NCBI GenBank assembly: GCA_944392955.1
Contig: CALXYK010000004.1
Coordinates: 3,419-67,418 of the forward strand
Reading direction: 5' to 3'
Length of the DNA stretch: 64,000 nucleotides
Source: an uncultured Alphaproteobacteria bacterium
GTDB lineage: Bacteria; Pseudomonadota; Alphaproteobacteria; Rs-D84; CACZYB01
In this document: positions 1 to 15,048 of the stretch, one piece after another
Layout: each line of letters begins with the position of its first letter
How positions within the stretch are numbered: position 1 is the stretch's first letter
Notes under the pieces: generated by a model
Told to the model about the DNA's origin: nothing
The model's database searches: none
What the model saw: only the letters and a program-made list of their open reading frames with translations
Program-made: the position numbers and the translations under genes

Positions 1-5
1 AAAAA

Positions 6-947
6 ATGCAACAACATAGAGAAATAGTAATAATAGGTTCAGGTCCAGCGGGATATTCCGCAGGCATTTATGCTGCACGAAACGGAAATCACCCTTTAAT
101 AATCACAGGAACCGAATTCGGCGGACAAATAACAAAATCATTTGACCTTGAAAACTATCCTGGATTTACTGAAAAAATTGACGGACTTTATTTAACTGAA
201 CAAATGAGGAAACAAGCCGAAATTTTTGGTGCAGAAATACTGGCCGATACAGTAACAGAAGTTGATTTTAAACACAGACCATTTACTATCAAATGTGAAA
301 ATGACAATATAATAACCGCAGATTCAATAATAATTGCAACAGGTGCATCATATAAACATCTTGGACTTCCAAACGAAAATAAATTAACAGGACATGGTGT
401 ATCATATTGTGCAACATGTGATGGATTTTTCTTCCGTGATAAAGAAGTGTTTGTTGTAGGTGGAGGAAATACCGCTGTATACGAGGCACTTCACCTTTCA
501 ACCGTGTGTAAGAAAGTTACAATCATACATCGCAGGGATCATTTCACTGCTGAACATATAAATCAAAAACATCTTTTTGAAACACCTAATATTTCTGTAA
601 TTTGGAATTCCGTATTAGAAGAAATAATAGAAGACAAAGATGGTAAAAAGGTAAAAGGAATCAAAGTTAAAAATATAGATAATAACGAAATAACCGAATA
701 TGAAATCGAAGGTGTGTTCATAGCAATTGGAAACAAACCTAATACTGAAATATTCAAATCTGATATAGAATTGGACGATTCCGGTTATATAAAAACAAAA
801 CCTGATTTATGTGCAACAAACATTGATGGCGTTTTCGCGGCAGGTGATGTTAAAAATCCTAAATTTAAACAGGTTGTAATAGCAGCAGCATCTGGTGCCC
901 AAAGTGCTATGGAGGCAACACAATACCTTATTTCCATAGAAAAATAA
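6..947 (+). CDS. trxB: thioredoxin-disulfide reductase
   Basis: N-terminal FAD-binding motif GSGPAGYSAG. Redox-active CATCDG motif. Second NAD(P)H Rossmann motif VVGGGNTA. 313 aa. Confidence 0.9.
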   Translation: MQQHREIVIIGSGPAGYSAGIYAARNGNHPLIITGTEFGGQITKSFDLENYPGFTEKIDGLYLTEQMRKQAEIFGAEILADTVTEVDFKHRPFTIKCENDNIITADSIIIATGASYKHLGLPNENKLTGHGVSYCATCDGFFFRDKEVFVVGGGNTAVYEALHLSTVCKKVTIIHRRDHFTAEHINQKHLFETPNISVIWNSVLEEIIEDKDGKKVKGIKVKNIDNNEITEYEIEGVFIAIGNKPNTEIFKSDIELDDSGYIKTKPDLCATNIDGVFAAGDVKNPKFKQVVIAAASGAQSAMEATQYLISIEK

Positions 948-1018
948 TATTTATTTTATAAAGGAAATAAATAGTAAAATTACTAAGCTTATTTTATTTA
1001 AAATAGGAACATCTACTT

Positions 1019-1945
1019 GTGGAAAAAAAAAGATTTTTATGGCACACTATACTTATGTTAAAGAAGAAGCCATTACATACTATATACGAAACATTAAACG
1101 AAGGTAAAACGATTTTAAAGGATGCCAAAATCGAAAGTTTTGATATAGATTCACGTATATTACTATCTTATGTATTGGGTGTTGAACATCACGATTTAAT
1201 AGCCAATCCCAAAACTGAAATTTCAAACAAATTTTATAAACAATATCTAAACCTTATAAAAAGAAGAAGTAAGCATGAACCCATCGCACAAATCACAGGG
1301 GAAAAGGAATTTTGGTCATTACCATTTAAAATTTGTAAAGATACTTTAATTCCTCGCCCCGATAGTGAAACAATAATCCAAGCAGTAAAAACCGAATTCA
1401 AAGATACCGATGGAAACTATAAAATCCTTGATATGGGAACTGGTTCCGGTTGTCTTTTACTATCTTTACTAACAGAATATAAAAATGCATTCGGTATAGG
1501 AATAGATATCAAAAGAAATGCAATAAAAACTGCAAAAGAAAATGCAAAAAAACTATCTCTTCATACCAGAAGTAAAATTTTAAACCTAAATTGGCATAAT
1601 AAAAAAAGGACTCAAAGACTTGGTAATATAAAATTTCATATAATAGTTTCTAATCCTCCATACATTACCGCACATGAAATGGAGGAATTAGAAGAAGATG
1701 TTAAAAAATATGAACCAAGGCTAGCCCTATATGGTGGCAGAGATGGTCTTGATGAATACAGATACATCTCAAAAGTCATATATTATTGGGATATTTTGGA
1801 AAAAAATGGAAAAATCTTCCTTGAATTAGGCAAAGGGCAACATAACGATGTCCAAAAGATATTTGAAGCCTTCGGTTTTAAATATATCAAAAATTTCAAG
1901 GACTTAAACGGGATTATTCGAGTTATAGAATTTTCTAAAAAATAA
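1019..1945 (+). CDS. prmC: release factor glutamine N5-methyltransferase (HemK/PrmC); real start may be the internal Met near 1061
   Basis: NPPY catalytic motif (VSNPPYI). SAM-binding glycine motif LDMGTGSGC. 308-aa ORF. Confidence 0.8.
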   Translation: MEKKRFLWHTILMLKKKPLHTIYETLNEGKTILKDAKIESFDIDSRILLSYVLGVEHHDLIANPKTEISNKFYKQYLNLIKRRSKHEPIAQITGEKEFWSLPFKICKDTLIPRPDSETIIQAVKTEFKDTDGNYKILDMGTGSGCLLLSLLTEYKNAFGIGIDIKRNAIKTAKENAKKLSLHTRSKILNLNWHNKKRTQRLGNIKFHIIVSNPPYITAHEMEELEEDVKKYEPRLALYGGRDGLDEYRYISKVIYYWDILEKNGKIFLELGKGQHNDVQKIFEAFGFKYIKNFKDLNGIIRVIEFSKK

Positions 1946-2062
1946 CCCTCAAAACAAATAAAAACTCTTGCATTTTAAAAGGAATATGTTATAATCCGCC
2001 TAATCAGTGTGCACCCTTGGAGGCACCTGATACCTAATAAACATATAAAAAAGGATAAAAAA

Positions 2063-2728
2063 ATGTCAAACAAAGTTACATTCAAAGTACAAAAAAGAGA
2101 CAACAGTGGTAAGGGGGCCGCACGTGCTACAAGAAGGGCTGGACTCATTCCTGCTGTTATCTATGGAAATAAACAAGAACCAGAATTGATTGCAGTTGAT
2201 CCAAAGGATTTGCAAAAACAAATGCAAATAAAAGGGTTCAGAACTCGCCAATTTGAACTTGAAATAGAAGGAACTGGTAAAAAAGAACTTGCTCTTTGCC
2301 AGGCAATCCAATACCACAAAGTAAAGGATAATCCTATTCACATAGATTTTTTAAGAATTGACCTTAACAAAGAAATCTCCGTTGAAATTCCTTTCAACTT
2401 TATAAATGAGGAAACTTGTGTAGGTGTTAAAAAAGGTGGCGTTCTTAACATAGTAACCCGTGTTGCCGAAGTTATCTGTAAGGCATCCGATATGGTAGAT
2501 AGTATAGAAGTTGATGTTGGCAACTTAGATGTTGCTGAATCTATTCACTCTGGTTCAATTAACTTACCAAAGGGTTTAAGATTCGCATCTCATGAACCAT
2601 TTACAGTTGTAACTATTGCAGCCGCAGTGGAAGAAGTGGTAGAAACAGCTGCACCAGAAAGTGTTGATGTTCCTTCTGAAACTGAACAAAAGACAGCTGC
2701 AAAAGAAGCAGAAGCAAAAAATGAATAA
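2063..2728 (+). CDS. rplY: 50S ribosomal protein L25 / general stress protein Ctc
   Basis: Internal ATG with an upstream AAAAGGA ribosome-binding site. The N-terminus (KVQKRDNSGKGAARATRRAGLIPAVIYG) is typical of L25/Ctc. Acidic C-terminal tail. Confidence 0.85.
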   Translation: MSNKVTFKVQKRDNSGKGAARATRRAGLIPAVIYGNKQEPELIAVDPKDLQKQMQIKGFRTRQFELEIEGTGKKELALCQAIQYHKVKDNPIHIDFLRIDLNKEISVEIPFNFINEETCVGVKKGGVLNIVTRVAEVICKASDMVDSIEVDVGNLDVAESIHSGSINLPKGLRFASHEPFTVVTIAAAVEEVVETAAPESVDVPSETEQKTAAKEAEAKNE

Positions 2729-3818
2729 ACTATCTAATGATACTATTCATAAATTTAATAATACAAAGGAGGTTTTTGAAAAAAAACTTCCTTTTCTTTT
2801 GCAACGTAATAAAATAATAAAGGCAATAAAAACCTTTTTTGAAACAGAAAAATTTACAGAAGTTGACACACCTATATTACAATATTCCCCAGGTATGGAA
2901 GTTCACCTTTTTGGATTTGAAACAAAATTTAATGATATAACAGGAAACAATCCACAAAAGTTATATCTTCATACATCACCCGAATTTTCAATGAAAAAAT
3001 TACTTTCATTTGGGCTTCAAAATATATTTCAATTTACCCATACTTTCAGAAACGAAGTTGTATCCCCTACTCACTATCCCGAATTTACAATGCTTGAATG
3101 GTATAGGACAGGATACAATTATAAAAAACTAATGACAGATTGCGAAGAAATTTTAAGACAAACTCTTGCATCAATAAATGCCACCTATTTTGAATATACA
3201 ACACCTCAAAATATAAAAAAGACTTGCTACACCAACAACGGAATTGAAAAATTAACTATAAAAGAGGCTTTTGAAAAATATTGCCATTTTGATATATTAT
3301 CAACTATTGATAATCCAGAAAATCCATCAAAAATTTTATTATCAAACAAAGTAAAAGAATTAAATTTAAACATAAATATAACAGACATAGATACATGGGA
3401 TGATATTTTTGAAAAACTTATGTTTGAATATATAGAAGAAAACCTTGGAATAAACAAGCCAACTATATTATACGAATACCCTATACATCAGGCCGCATTA
3501 TCAAAACAAAGTCCAACAAATAAAAATATTGCAGAAAGGTTTGAATTATATGTATGTGGTATAGAATTGGCAAATGCATTCACTGAATTAACAGATCGTT
3601 CTATCCAGGAAAAACGATTTTTAAAAGATCAAAAAACAAAAAAAGATTTATATGGGAGCACCTTTCCAATAGATGAGGAATTTTTATTTTCTTTGGATAA
3701 TTTACAAAGTTGCACAGGTATCGCAATGGGTATAGATAGACTGATTATGCTTGCAACACATGCAAAAGATATAAAAGATACTCTTTGGATAGAAATTCCA
3801 TTTTTACAAGATATGTAA
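2721..3818 (+). CDS. epmA: EF-P-lysine ligase-like class II aaRS paralogue (EpmA/PoxA/GenX family)
   Basis: LysRS-like catalytic-core motifs (FRNE, EFTMLEWY, GIAMGIDRL) without an anticodon-binding domain. The ATG at 2721 overlaps the rplY stop. efp is present at 46213. Confidence 0.7.
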   Translation: MNKLSNDTIHKFNNTKEVFEKKLPFLLQRNKIIKAIKTFFETEKFTEVDTPILQYSPGMEVHLFGFETKFNDITGNNPQKLYLHTSPEFSMKKLLSFGLQNIFQFTHTFRNEVVSPTHYPEFTMLEWYRTGYNYKKLMTDCEEILRQTLASINATYFEYTTPQNIKKTCYTNNGIEKLTIKEAFEKYCHFDILSTIDNPENPSKILLSNKVKELNLNINITDIDTWDDIFEKLMFEYIEENLGINKPTILYEYPIHQAALSKQSPTNKNIAERFELYVCGIELANAFTELTDRSIQEKRFLKDQKTKKDLYGSTFPIDEEFLFSLDNLQSCTGIAMGIDRLIMLATHAKDIKDTLWIEIPFLQDM

Positions 3819-4460
3819 AGTTTTAATCGTATCTTTAATGTTTTTCTGAGAAAATAAAAAACTACCAACTACTAATACATTTGCACCTACATCAATAACC
3901 TTTTTCGCGGTATCAAAATTTATTCCACCATCAACTTCTAATAGAATTTTTTTATTTTGCTCTGAAATAAGCGATGAAATTTTTTCTATTTTTGTTATCT
4001 GATTATCCATAAATTTCTGCCCGCCAAAACCTGGTTCAACTGTCATAACCATAACAACATCAACAAAAGGTAAATACTTTTTTATTTTTTTAAAGGAAGT
4101 CTTAGGATTTAAAACTATCCCACTTTTTACATTTAACTTTTTAATCAATTTTAACGATTTCAAAACATTATCAGATTCACAATGAATAGTAATTATATCA
4201 GCACCAACATCAACAAAATTTTTAATATAAGGCAATGGATTTTTAATCATTAAATGCACATCAAATATTTTAGAAGAATGTTTACGAACACACTCAACAA
4301 AATGAGGTCCATAAGAAATATTCGGGACAAAAACACCATCCATTATATCAAAATGAATAAAGTCCAAATCTGATTCATTTATCTTTTTTATAGTATTTTT
4401 AATATCCATAAAATCTGTTGATAAGATACTAGCCCCGATTAAAACTTTTCTTCTTTTCAT
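3804..4460 (-). CDS. rpe: ribulose-phosphate 3-epimerase
   Basis: Motifs HFDIMDG, HLMI and MTVEPGFGGQKF. I trimmed the start to the internal Met (MKRRKVLIGAS), which removes the overlap with the next ORF. Confidence 0.85.
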   Translation of the reverse strand: MKRRKVLIGASILSTDFMDIKNTIKKINESDLDFIHFDIMDGVFVPNISYGPHFVECVRKHSSKIFDVHLMIKNPLPYIKNFVDVGADIITIHCESDNVLKSLKLIKKLNVKSGIVLNPKTSFKKIKKYLPFVDVVMVMTVEPGFGGQKFMDNQITKIEKISSLISEQNKKILLEVDGGINFDTAKKVIDVGANVLVVGSFLFSQKNIKDTIKTLHIL

Positions 4461-4461
4461 T

Positions 4462-6300
4462 TTACTTTTTCCTAAAAATTCTTTTGAACAAGGCACGTGT
4501 TTCCGAAGGATCCGTATCATCAGGATTATCTCCATAAATCTTATTTTCCAAATCCTTAGATGCATCATTAAATGCCTCAATGGTCAAGGTATTTATTTTT
4601 TCATCCTCTATATTCAAAACTATACGCTTAGAAAGTTCTTTTTCCTGTGTTGAAACAATAATAATTTTTTCTTTTGAAATATCCTGTAATAATTTTATAA
4701 GATTTTCTTTATACTTTTTTCTTAATCCCAAAAATGGCTGATCTAATAATATCACTCTTGGATTTCCAACAAAAACTCTAACAATACTCAAAAGTTTTAA
4801 TTCCTCTGGTGAAAGCAAATCCGTCTTATTATCAATCAAGGTATTATAGGCATTAGGTAGTTTTTCAATAACTTCATCAAATCCTAATAACTTAGACACT
4901 TCTTTATAACTCATGAAACCTGCAAACTTATCATCAACAGAATTTTTTGAAACTAAACAATTCAAGTTTTCTTTAACAGTTCCTTCTATCACAAAAGAAG
5001 TTTCCGAAGCATAACGAATATAATCTTTCAAACTTTCCGTTTTCAAATTTGCAACATTATATCTATCAAACAGAACTTCACCTTCTTCGTTTTCATAACC
5101 TCCAAACAAAGATTTTAAGAACAAAGAACCTTCAAAGGTATTTTTTGCCCTTAACACATAAAGCAAACCTTCCTTAAAAGTAAAATTCACATCTTTAAGA
5201 ATAACATTTTTTCTACTATCTTCTAATGTAAAATGTTTAAGTTCCAAATTTCCCAAGGTAACATCTTCTATTACCTCTGTCTTAATAGCATCTACCTGTT
5301 CCGACATAACCTGAGACAATCTTTCTGTAGAATTTATAAACTTAAAATACTCTGGCAAATATTTTATAAAACTATTAAACAAAAAGAAGGTCTGTGAAAA
5401 CAATAACAAAATAGCAACCACCTCACCCAAAGAAATCAAGTTCAAAGAAAATGAATGATATCCAGTCAAAGATAAGATTACTAAACCAACAAAATAAACA
5501 ACGAAAGTAAGCACTAAGAAAATATCCAAAGTAGAATTTCTTTTATAAGTGTTGTCTATAATACTTCTTTGATAATCCTTCCACATATACATAATTTTGT
5601 TGGATAATGACAAAGTTTTTAACGAAGACAAATTTCTAATGGTATTAGAAACAAGTTCATCACGTTCCTTTATTGCTAATTTTTCTTTATCATCAACAAT
5701 ACTTAACATATATATTGCAAAACCAACTATTACAAAATATACAAGGAAAATAAACAACATAATAAAGAAATATTTCCCTAATAAAATACCTATCATCCCC
5801 ATAAAGAAAAGGACAAAAGGAACATCAAAAAGGTTTATAACATACGAGGCAGATAAGCCATTTCTTATGACATCAATATCAGCAAAAACGGAATGCCAAA
5901 ATGCATCATTTTTCTTTTCCATTTTTTTTGCTGGAATTTTAAAAACTTTCTCCAATATTCCATTACAAATATTTGTATCAAGAGAACATAATATAAAGTT
6001 AACAACCGAACTTCTCATGTACCTAAACAAAAAATTAAAACACAAAACAGAAACTAAAAAAACTATATTAAAAAGTCCGTTTCCCTTAAATGATAAATCA
6101 ACCTTTCCATCTATTAAAAACATAATGATTAAAGGCACCATTACGGTCAGCATATTTATAAAAAACGACATAATAAAGACTCTCCATAACTCCTTTTTAA
6201 ATGGAGAAATTATCATAGATACATCGTATTTTGACTTGTCCAAATATACATCCATCACACTATTATTTACATGTTTATTTTCCATAATAAGTCCTATCAA
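4462..6300 (-). CDS. ABC type-I exporter-like protein (6-TM domain plus C-terminal nucleotide-binding domain) with degenerate ATPase motifs
   Basis: N-terminal half with 6 predicted TM helices. The C-terminal domain aligns to ABC motifs, but Walker A is RAKNTFEGS, the signature is LSPEE (not LSGGQ), Walker B is ILLDQ (catalytic Glu replaced by Gln) and the H-loop His is replaced by Gln. The 612-aa ORF is intact. Confidence 0.6.
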   Translation of the reverse strand: MIGLIMENKHVNNSVMDVYLDKSKYDVSMIISPFKKELWRVFIMSFFINMLTVMVPLIIMFLIDGKVDLSFKGNGLFNIVFLVSVLCFNFLFRYMRSSVVNFILCSLDTNICNGILEKVFKIPAKKMEKKNDAFWHSVFADIDVIRNGLSASYVINLFDVPFVLFFMGMIGILLGKYFFIMLFIFLVYFVIVGFAIYMLSIVDDKEKLAIKERDELVSNTIRNLSSLKTLSLSNKIMYMWKDYQRSIIDNTYKRNSTLDIFLVLTFVVYFVGLVILSLTGYHSFSLNLISLGEVVAILLLFSQTFFLFNSFIKYLPEYFKFINSTERLSQVMSEQVDAIKTEVIEDVTLGNLELKHFTLEDSRKNVILKDVNFTFKEGLLYVLRAKNTFEGSLFLKSLFGGYENEEGEVLFDRYNVANLKTESLKDYIRYASETSFVIEGTVKENLNCLVSKNSVDDKFAGFMSYKEVSKLLGFDEVIEKLPNAYNTLIDNKTDLLSPEELKLLSIVRVFVGNPRVILLDQPFLGLRKKYKENLIKLLQDISKEKIIIVSTQEKELSKRIVLNIEDEKINTLTIEAFNDASKDLENKIYGDNPDDTDPSETRALFKRIFRKK

Positions 6301-6305
6301 TTATA

Positions 6306-7559
6306 TTAACCAAAGTTTTCATCTAAAAACTTTTTAAACTTTTCCCAAAGGTTTTTGTGTTCCTTCTCATCTAAATTAGTATTATAATATAATATACCAG
6401 AAGATTTATAATAATAAAACAAAAAAAGTCCAACCAAAGTAGAATAAGTCGGATCGTCAAAATCATCTCCTAACTCTAAAAACTTTATTGGTTTAGCAAT
6501 TCTAGTAGGCAACCTGAACACTTCCTCTACTATTTCTTTAAATCCACGAAGTTTCGCACCACCACCTGTTAAAACTACCCTATGAAAGTATGGGGATATA
6601 TTTTTATCATCTAAACACTTTTTTAAGAATAAAACTATTTCTTTTGAAAGTTCATTAAGCACAGATAATAAATCAGACTTTAAAATATCCTTTGATTCAT
6701 TTTCTCCATTTTCCCCTATCATAAACACACTTATATATTCAGAAAAATCCAAAGGCAAAGGGAATTTTGCACCATATTTTTTCTTTAACCGCTCTGCCTC
6801 ATCAAATCTGACATTCATACGCTTTGACAATGAATTTGTAATAACATCCCCACCCAAATTCAATGACATATTATAAAGCAAGTTATTTTCTAAAAATACA
6901 GCAACAGACATTGTTGATTTACCAATATCAATAACTAAACTTCCTACTTTCTTATCATCATCAACCAATGTTGCCAAAGCCGAAGCATAAGAGTTGACAA
7001 CAACCCTTTTGACATTAAGATTTATTGAATTCAAAGAAGATATTAAATCCGAATACATTTTGGCATCTACGGTAATAATATGATAAAATATTTCTAACTT
7101 TTTTCCAAAAACTTTTTCTGGATTTTCAACTACATTTCCATCTACAACAAACCTTATAGGAACAACATGCACCAACTTTTCCTTATCCACATCTATATGT
7201 TTTAATATAGGAAGTAATCCCGAGCAATCCTGAATATCTTTTACAGAAATATTACGTTCAAAAGGCAATACTTTTGACGAAGAAAAAAAATAAGATTTAT
7301 AATTAAAATCGGATAAAGAAATCACTACATCAGAAACCTTTAAATGTTTCTTCTCCTCCGCCATATCCAAAGCAGCATTTACAGATTTTGTAAACTCAGA
7401 TACATTAACAACCCTACCATTTTTAAAACCAACAGATATGGCTTCTCCTTTACCTAACACAATTGGCTTATTATCCTTATCCAAAGAACAAACCATAACA
7501 CTAATTTTTCCAGAAGCAATATCAATAAAAGCAACCAAATTTTTTTTATCAAACGCCAT
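6306..7559 (-). CDS. ftsA: cell division protein FtsA
   Basis: Actin-fold motifs (DIGKSTMSVAVF, VLTGGGAKLRG). 417 aa. Immediately downstream of ftsQ. Confidence 0.9.
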   Translation of the reverse strand: MAFDKKNLVAFIDIASGKISVMVCSLDKDNKPIVLGKGEAISVGFKNGRVVNVSEFTKSVNAALDMAEEKKHLKVSDVVISLSDFNYKSYFFSSSKVLPFERNISVKDIQDCSGLLPILKHIDVDKEKLVHVVPIRFVVDGNVVENPEKVFGKKLEIFYHIITVDAKMYSDLISSLNSINLNVKRVVVNSYASALATLVDDDKKVGSLVIDIGKSTMSVAVFLENNLLYNMSLNLGGDVITNSLSKRMNVRFDEAERLKKKYGAKFPLPLDFSEYISVFMIGENGENESKDILKSDLLSVLNELSKEIVLFLKKCLDDKNISPYFHRVVLTGGGAKLRGFKEIVEEVFRLPTRIAKPIKFLELGDDFDDPTYSTLVGLFLFYYYKSSGILYYNTNLDEKEHKNLWEKFKKFLDENFG

Positions 7560-7560
7560 T

Positions 7561-8301
7561 TTAGTTTTTCCTTTGTTTAATAAGAATTTTAGTCAAATCT
7601 CGTAAATCTATATCTGAAATATCTCTACTTAAAATCCCCTGTAAAACATCAAGTTCGGCTAATTTTGCCACACCTTTTTCAAAATTATTATCTAATTTTG
7701 CTGTCAATCCATCAGCAACATCATAAAATATCAAATTCCAACGTAAGCCATTAACATATTGAATTGCCACCAACCTATTCTTAAGATTCGGATATTTAGA
7801 TAAAAACTTTAATAAATTAAGAACTTCTGTTTCCGCACCATCACCAAACACCAAAAGCCCATCGGCATATTCAACAGGCATATTTAAAACTTCACCTGAC
7901 GAGGTAATAGGATAATACTTATCATTTAAAACCTTATAAGCAATAAATTGTTTAGAAGATATAACAATCTTAATTACATCTGGAAAATCACGAATAACTG
8001 AAACATTTTCTACCCAAGGAAGTTCCGAAATAGTTTTGGTTAAACCTTTGACATCAACATCAACTATTTTTTTTACTTCGGAATACGGAGTTATTAAATC
8101 TCTAATTGAAATCAAAGCAATATTTTTATCAATTGGTAAATTATTCAAAAATACTACTTCGGGATAAGTCATCTTGAAAACCTTATCTGATACCAAAGCC
8201 TGTCTAAACAGGAAAACAATCGTCATCAAAGATATTACTGACAACGATACCAAACAAAAAAACTTAAATTTCAAAAAAAATTTTTGCATATTAAAATTCA
8301 C
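7561..8301 (-). CDS. ftsQ: cell division protein FtsQ
   Basis: N-terminal TM segment and POTRA-like region. Two-nucleotide spacing to ftsA. Confidence 0.8.
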   Translation of the reverse strand: MNFNMQKFFLKFKFFCLVSLSVISLMTIVFLFRQALVSDKVFKMTYPEVVFLNNLPIDKNIALISIRDLITPYSEVKKIVDVDVKGLTKTISELPWVENVSVIRDFPDVIKIVISSKQFIAYKVLNDKYYPITSSGEVLNMPVEYADGLLVFGDGAETEVLNLLKFLSKYPNLKNRLVAIQYVNGLRWNLIFYDVADGLTAKLDNNFEKGVAKLAELDVLQGILSRDISDIDLRDLTKILIKQRKN

Positions 8302-8395
8302 ACTCTAAAACTACCTATTTATTATAACAAATTTTTTCCTTTTTTTAAATTAAAATTATTATATAATAACAAAAAAATAACAAAAGGAATAAAAT

Positions 8396-11187
<2,792 letters not shown>

Positions 11188-11259
11188 TTATAATGTTGAA
11201 ATTTTGATTGTTTTTCAAATATATATACTTTATAATAAAAGAAAATAAAGGATTATATT

Positions 11260-12015
11260 ATGTTAAAACTATTTTTAATAGGTGTTTTGTTTTTTTCTTC
11301 AACTGCCTTTGCGGAAAATATTGAGCTTTTCGCAGATGACGGATTGGAATGGAATCAAAAGGAACAAAAAATAACTATGCATAAAAATGCAACTGCAAAA
11401 ACTCCATCTTATGAATTAAAAGCTGATACAATAGAAGCCTTATACAAAGGAGAAGATAAGCAAATATATAAAATCTTTGCAAATAATAATGTTAACATAA
11501 AATCAGCAACGGAAACTATCACAACTGATAAAATGATTTATGACATAGATAAGGAACGAATTGACTTATTTTCAGAAACTACTCCAACAACTTTATCCAG
11601 TGCAGATAGTAAAGTAATAGCAAAAGATGAAATAACATATTTTAAAAATAAAAATTATGCCACTGCAAAAAATGCCGAAATACAACATTCAGACAGAGTT
11701 TTATTTTCAGATGATATAAAAATTACATTTGAAAAAATAGATGGGAAAAATCAGGTGAAACTGATAAATGCAAAGGGTAATATAAAACTTATAGATGGTG
11801 AAGAAGAATTATTCGGTGATACCGCAGAATACAATCCTAAAAATGGTTATGCAACGATAGAAGGAAACGTCTACTTTAAAAAAGGAAGTGATGCAAACCT
11901 ATCCGGCGGAAAAATCGTATATAATATGAATACAGGTATTGCAAAAATACTTCCAAAAGATACAAATAGTAAAGTAAGCGGTATCTTTTCAACAAAAACA
12001 ACAGCTAAGGAATAA
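11260..12015 (+). CDS. lptA: LptA/OstA-like periplasmic LPS transport protein
   Basis: Signal peptide. Beta-jellyroll OstA-like repeats. Immediately upstream of lptB. Confidence 0.65.
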   Translation: MLKLFLIGVLFFSSTAFAENIELFADDGLEWNQKEQKITMHKNATAKTPSYELKADTIEALYKGEDKQIYKIFANNNVNIKSATETITTDKMIYDIDKERIDLFSETTPTTLSSADSKVIAKDEITYFKNKNYATAKNAEIQHSDRVLFSDDIKITFEKIDGKNQVKLINAKGNIKLIDGEEELFGDTAEYNPKNGYATIEGNVYFKKGSDANLSGGKIVYNMNTGIAKILPKDTNSKVSGIFSTKTTAKE

Positions 12016-12025
12016 AGAAATATAA

Positions 12026-12729
12026 ATGGAAAATACTAAGGAAATAATAGTAAAAAACATAGCAAAGAATTATTCAAAACGCCCAGTTTTAAAGAATGTT
12101 TCAATAAACATAAAACAAGGTGAAGCCGTAGGTTTGCTTGGTCCCAATGGTGCTGGAAAAACAACTTGTTTCTATTGCATAACGGGATTGATAACACCTG
12201 ATTTCGGAACAATAAACCTTTCTGGTGAAAATATAACAAAACTTCCATTTTATCGCAGGGCACAAAAGGGTATAGGCTATCTTCCACAGGAATCATCAAT
12301 ATTCCGCTCTCTAACAGTAGAAGAAAATATAATGGCAGTTTTAGAAGTTGTTGAAAAATACAAAGACACCCGCAAACAAAAGTTAGAAGAATTACTCGCA
12401 GAATTTTCAATAACTCATCTAAGAGAAAGCCCTGCAATCGCACTTTCTGGTGGTGAAAGACGTCGTTTAGAAATTGCCCGCGCCCTAGCCGCAAATCCTG
12501 ATTTTATCCTACTTGACGAACCTTTTGCAGGTGTGGATCCTATTGCTGTAAACGACATACGAACCCTTGTATCTCATTTAAAAGATAAAGGCTATGGTGT
12601 GCTTATCACTGATCATAATGTAAGGGAAACCCTTGAAATAACAGACAGGGCATATGTACTTCATAATGGAACCGTCCTATGCGAAGGAACACCAGCGGAA
12701 ATTGTTGCAAATCCAGATGCAAGAAAAGT

Positions 12730-12757
<28 letters not shown>
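12026..12757 (+). CDS. lptB: LPS export ABC transporter ATP-binding protein
   Basis: Walker A GPNGAGKTT, signature LSGGERRR, Walker B ILLDEPF. 243 aa. Confidence 0.9.
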
Positions 12758-14639
<1,882 letters not shown>

Positions 14640-14721
14640 CTACCTCTTTGTTTTTTTTAAATGATACAATCAAGACATATAAAAAACAAGAAATTTTAAA
14701 AACAATATTTTTATTCCTAAA

Positions 14722-14756
14722 AATAAAAAAAGACCTTCTAAACAGAAGGCCTTTTC
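14722..14756. terminator. bidirectional rho-independent terminator downstream of hupB
   Basis: Hairpin CCTTCT-AAAC-AGAAGG, with an A-run on one side and a T-run on the other. Confidence 0.55.
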
Positions 14757-14772
14757 AAAAAATTCTGTTTAA

Positions 14773-15048
14773 TTATTTGTTAACAGCATCTTTCAAAGTT
14801 TTACCTGCTTTGAATTTTGGTTGTAAAGAAGCAGGAATTTTAATTTCTTCACCAGTTCTTGGATTATGACCTTTTGTAGCTTTTCTTTTTGAAACAGCAA
14901 AAGTACCAAAACCAATAAGTTTAACTTCTTCTTTTTTCTTTAAAGCTTTTGTTACAATGTTGATGAATGCATCAAGAACTTCTGCAGTTTTTGCTTTTGA
15001 AAGATCTGTTGCTTCAGCAAGAGCATTAATGATATCATTTTTATTCAT
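14773..15048 (-). CDS. hupB: DNA-binding protein HU
   Basis: 91 aa. HU/IHF family signature, including the arm motif RNPRTGEEIKIPA. Confidence 0.9.
   Translation of the reverse strand: MNKNDIINALAEATDLSKAKTAEVLDAFINIVTKALKKKEEVKLIGFGTFAVSKRKATKGHNPRTGEEIKIPASLQPKFKAGKTLKDAVNK

Noticed and set aside
289-757. Minus-strand ORFs (289-501, 563-757) inside trxB
   Set aside because: Short antisense frames within a well-supported housekeeping gene.
5597-6337. 246-aa + strand ORF overlapping the ABC-like gene
   Set aside because: AT-rich antisense frame with low-complexity Ile/Lys/Phe composition and no ribosome-binding site. The minus-strand ABC-like ORF is far longer and domain-structured.
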